This document shows positions 63,667 to 64,000 of a DNA stretch of 64,000 nucleotides, one piece after another. The stretch is from positions 62,001-126,000 of the forward strand of contig NIVC01002413.1 in assembly GCA_002269645.1 (NCBI GenBank), written 5' to 3'. The stretch's first letter is position 1. Every line of letters begins with the position of its first letter. Under the pieces are notes generated by a model. The model did no database searches. It was not told the origin of the DNA and saw nothing but the letters and a program-made list of their open reading frames with translations. The DNA is from Macrostomum lignano (taxonomy: Eukaryota). The translations under genes were made by a program, and so were the position numbers.

Positions 63667-63732
63667 ATTTATAGGCTGGCGGGCCGAAAAACTGGACCTC
63701 TTCGAAGCACTCCCCTCGCGCGTGGGGCGGGG
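63667..63732 (-). promoter_or_regulatory. Putative Pol II core promoter of the 280-aa ORF
   Basis: Minus-strand TATAAAT (63673-63667) ~85 nt before the ATG, and a GC box GGGGCGGGG at 63724-63732. Confidence 0.45.
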
Positions 63733-64000
63733 CATGCCAGATTTGACAGATTTGACAACTAAATTTTTATGGATTTTCTATTTATTTTTATAACTTTTTT
63801 ATTTTTTGATAGATTTTCTTGAGTAAAGTATCAAATTAAAGATCGCATTTTGTAGATTAATATGGTATTTACAGATTCGCTCTATGTACAGCATGTCAAA
63901 TTTTATAAGCAGATAAGTAATTCTAATACGAAAATTTAACTGTTTAACACTGTTTCTTATGGGAAATTGCTTACATCACTGCTTAAGGTGCTAAATATCT

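Overview
Eukaryotic (metazoan) genomic DNA with GT-AG introns, GC-rich exons and a different minisatellite in almost every long intron. The style resembles a Macrostomum-type flatworm, but that is inference only. Genes reconstructed by splice phase: the 3' part of a divergent formin (FH2+DAD, +), a decayed fibrinogen-domain gene, an orphan 360-aa low-complexity ORF, ZRANB1/TRABID (+), COQ4 (-), a CEP104 that stops at the end of its TOG domain (-), and an orphan 280-aa ORF (-). Main find: the two 'ankyrin ORFs' and the 'caspase ORF' at 31.3-35.0 kb join through phase-compatible splice sites into one five-exon, 606-aa ankyrin-repeat caspase, and its first exon and promoter region are duplicated upstream. 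Second find: a ~10-kb Helitron-type element (50811-60866) carries 16.3 apparently identical copies of a structured 272-bp unit bracketed by a 1.32-kb direct duplication, which looks like a rolling-circle insertion. Also present: a truncated Crypton, two non-LTR RT relics, a hAT-like MITE carrying a 28S rRNA R2-target-site fragment folded into a hairpin, and many satellites. All homology calls come from motif recognition by eye; no database search was run.
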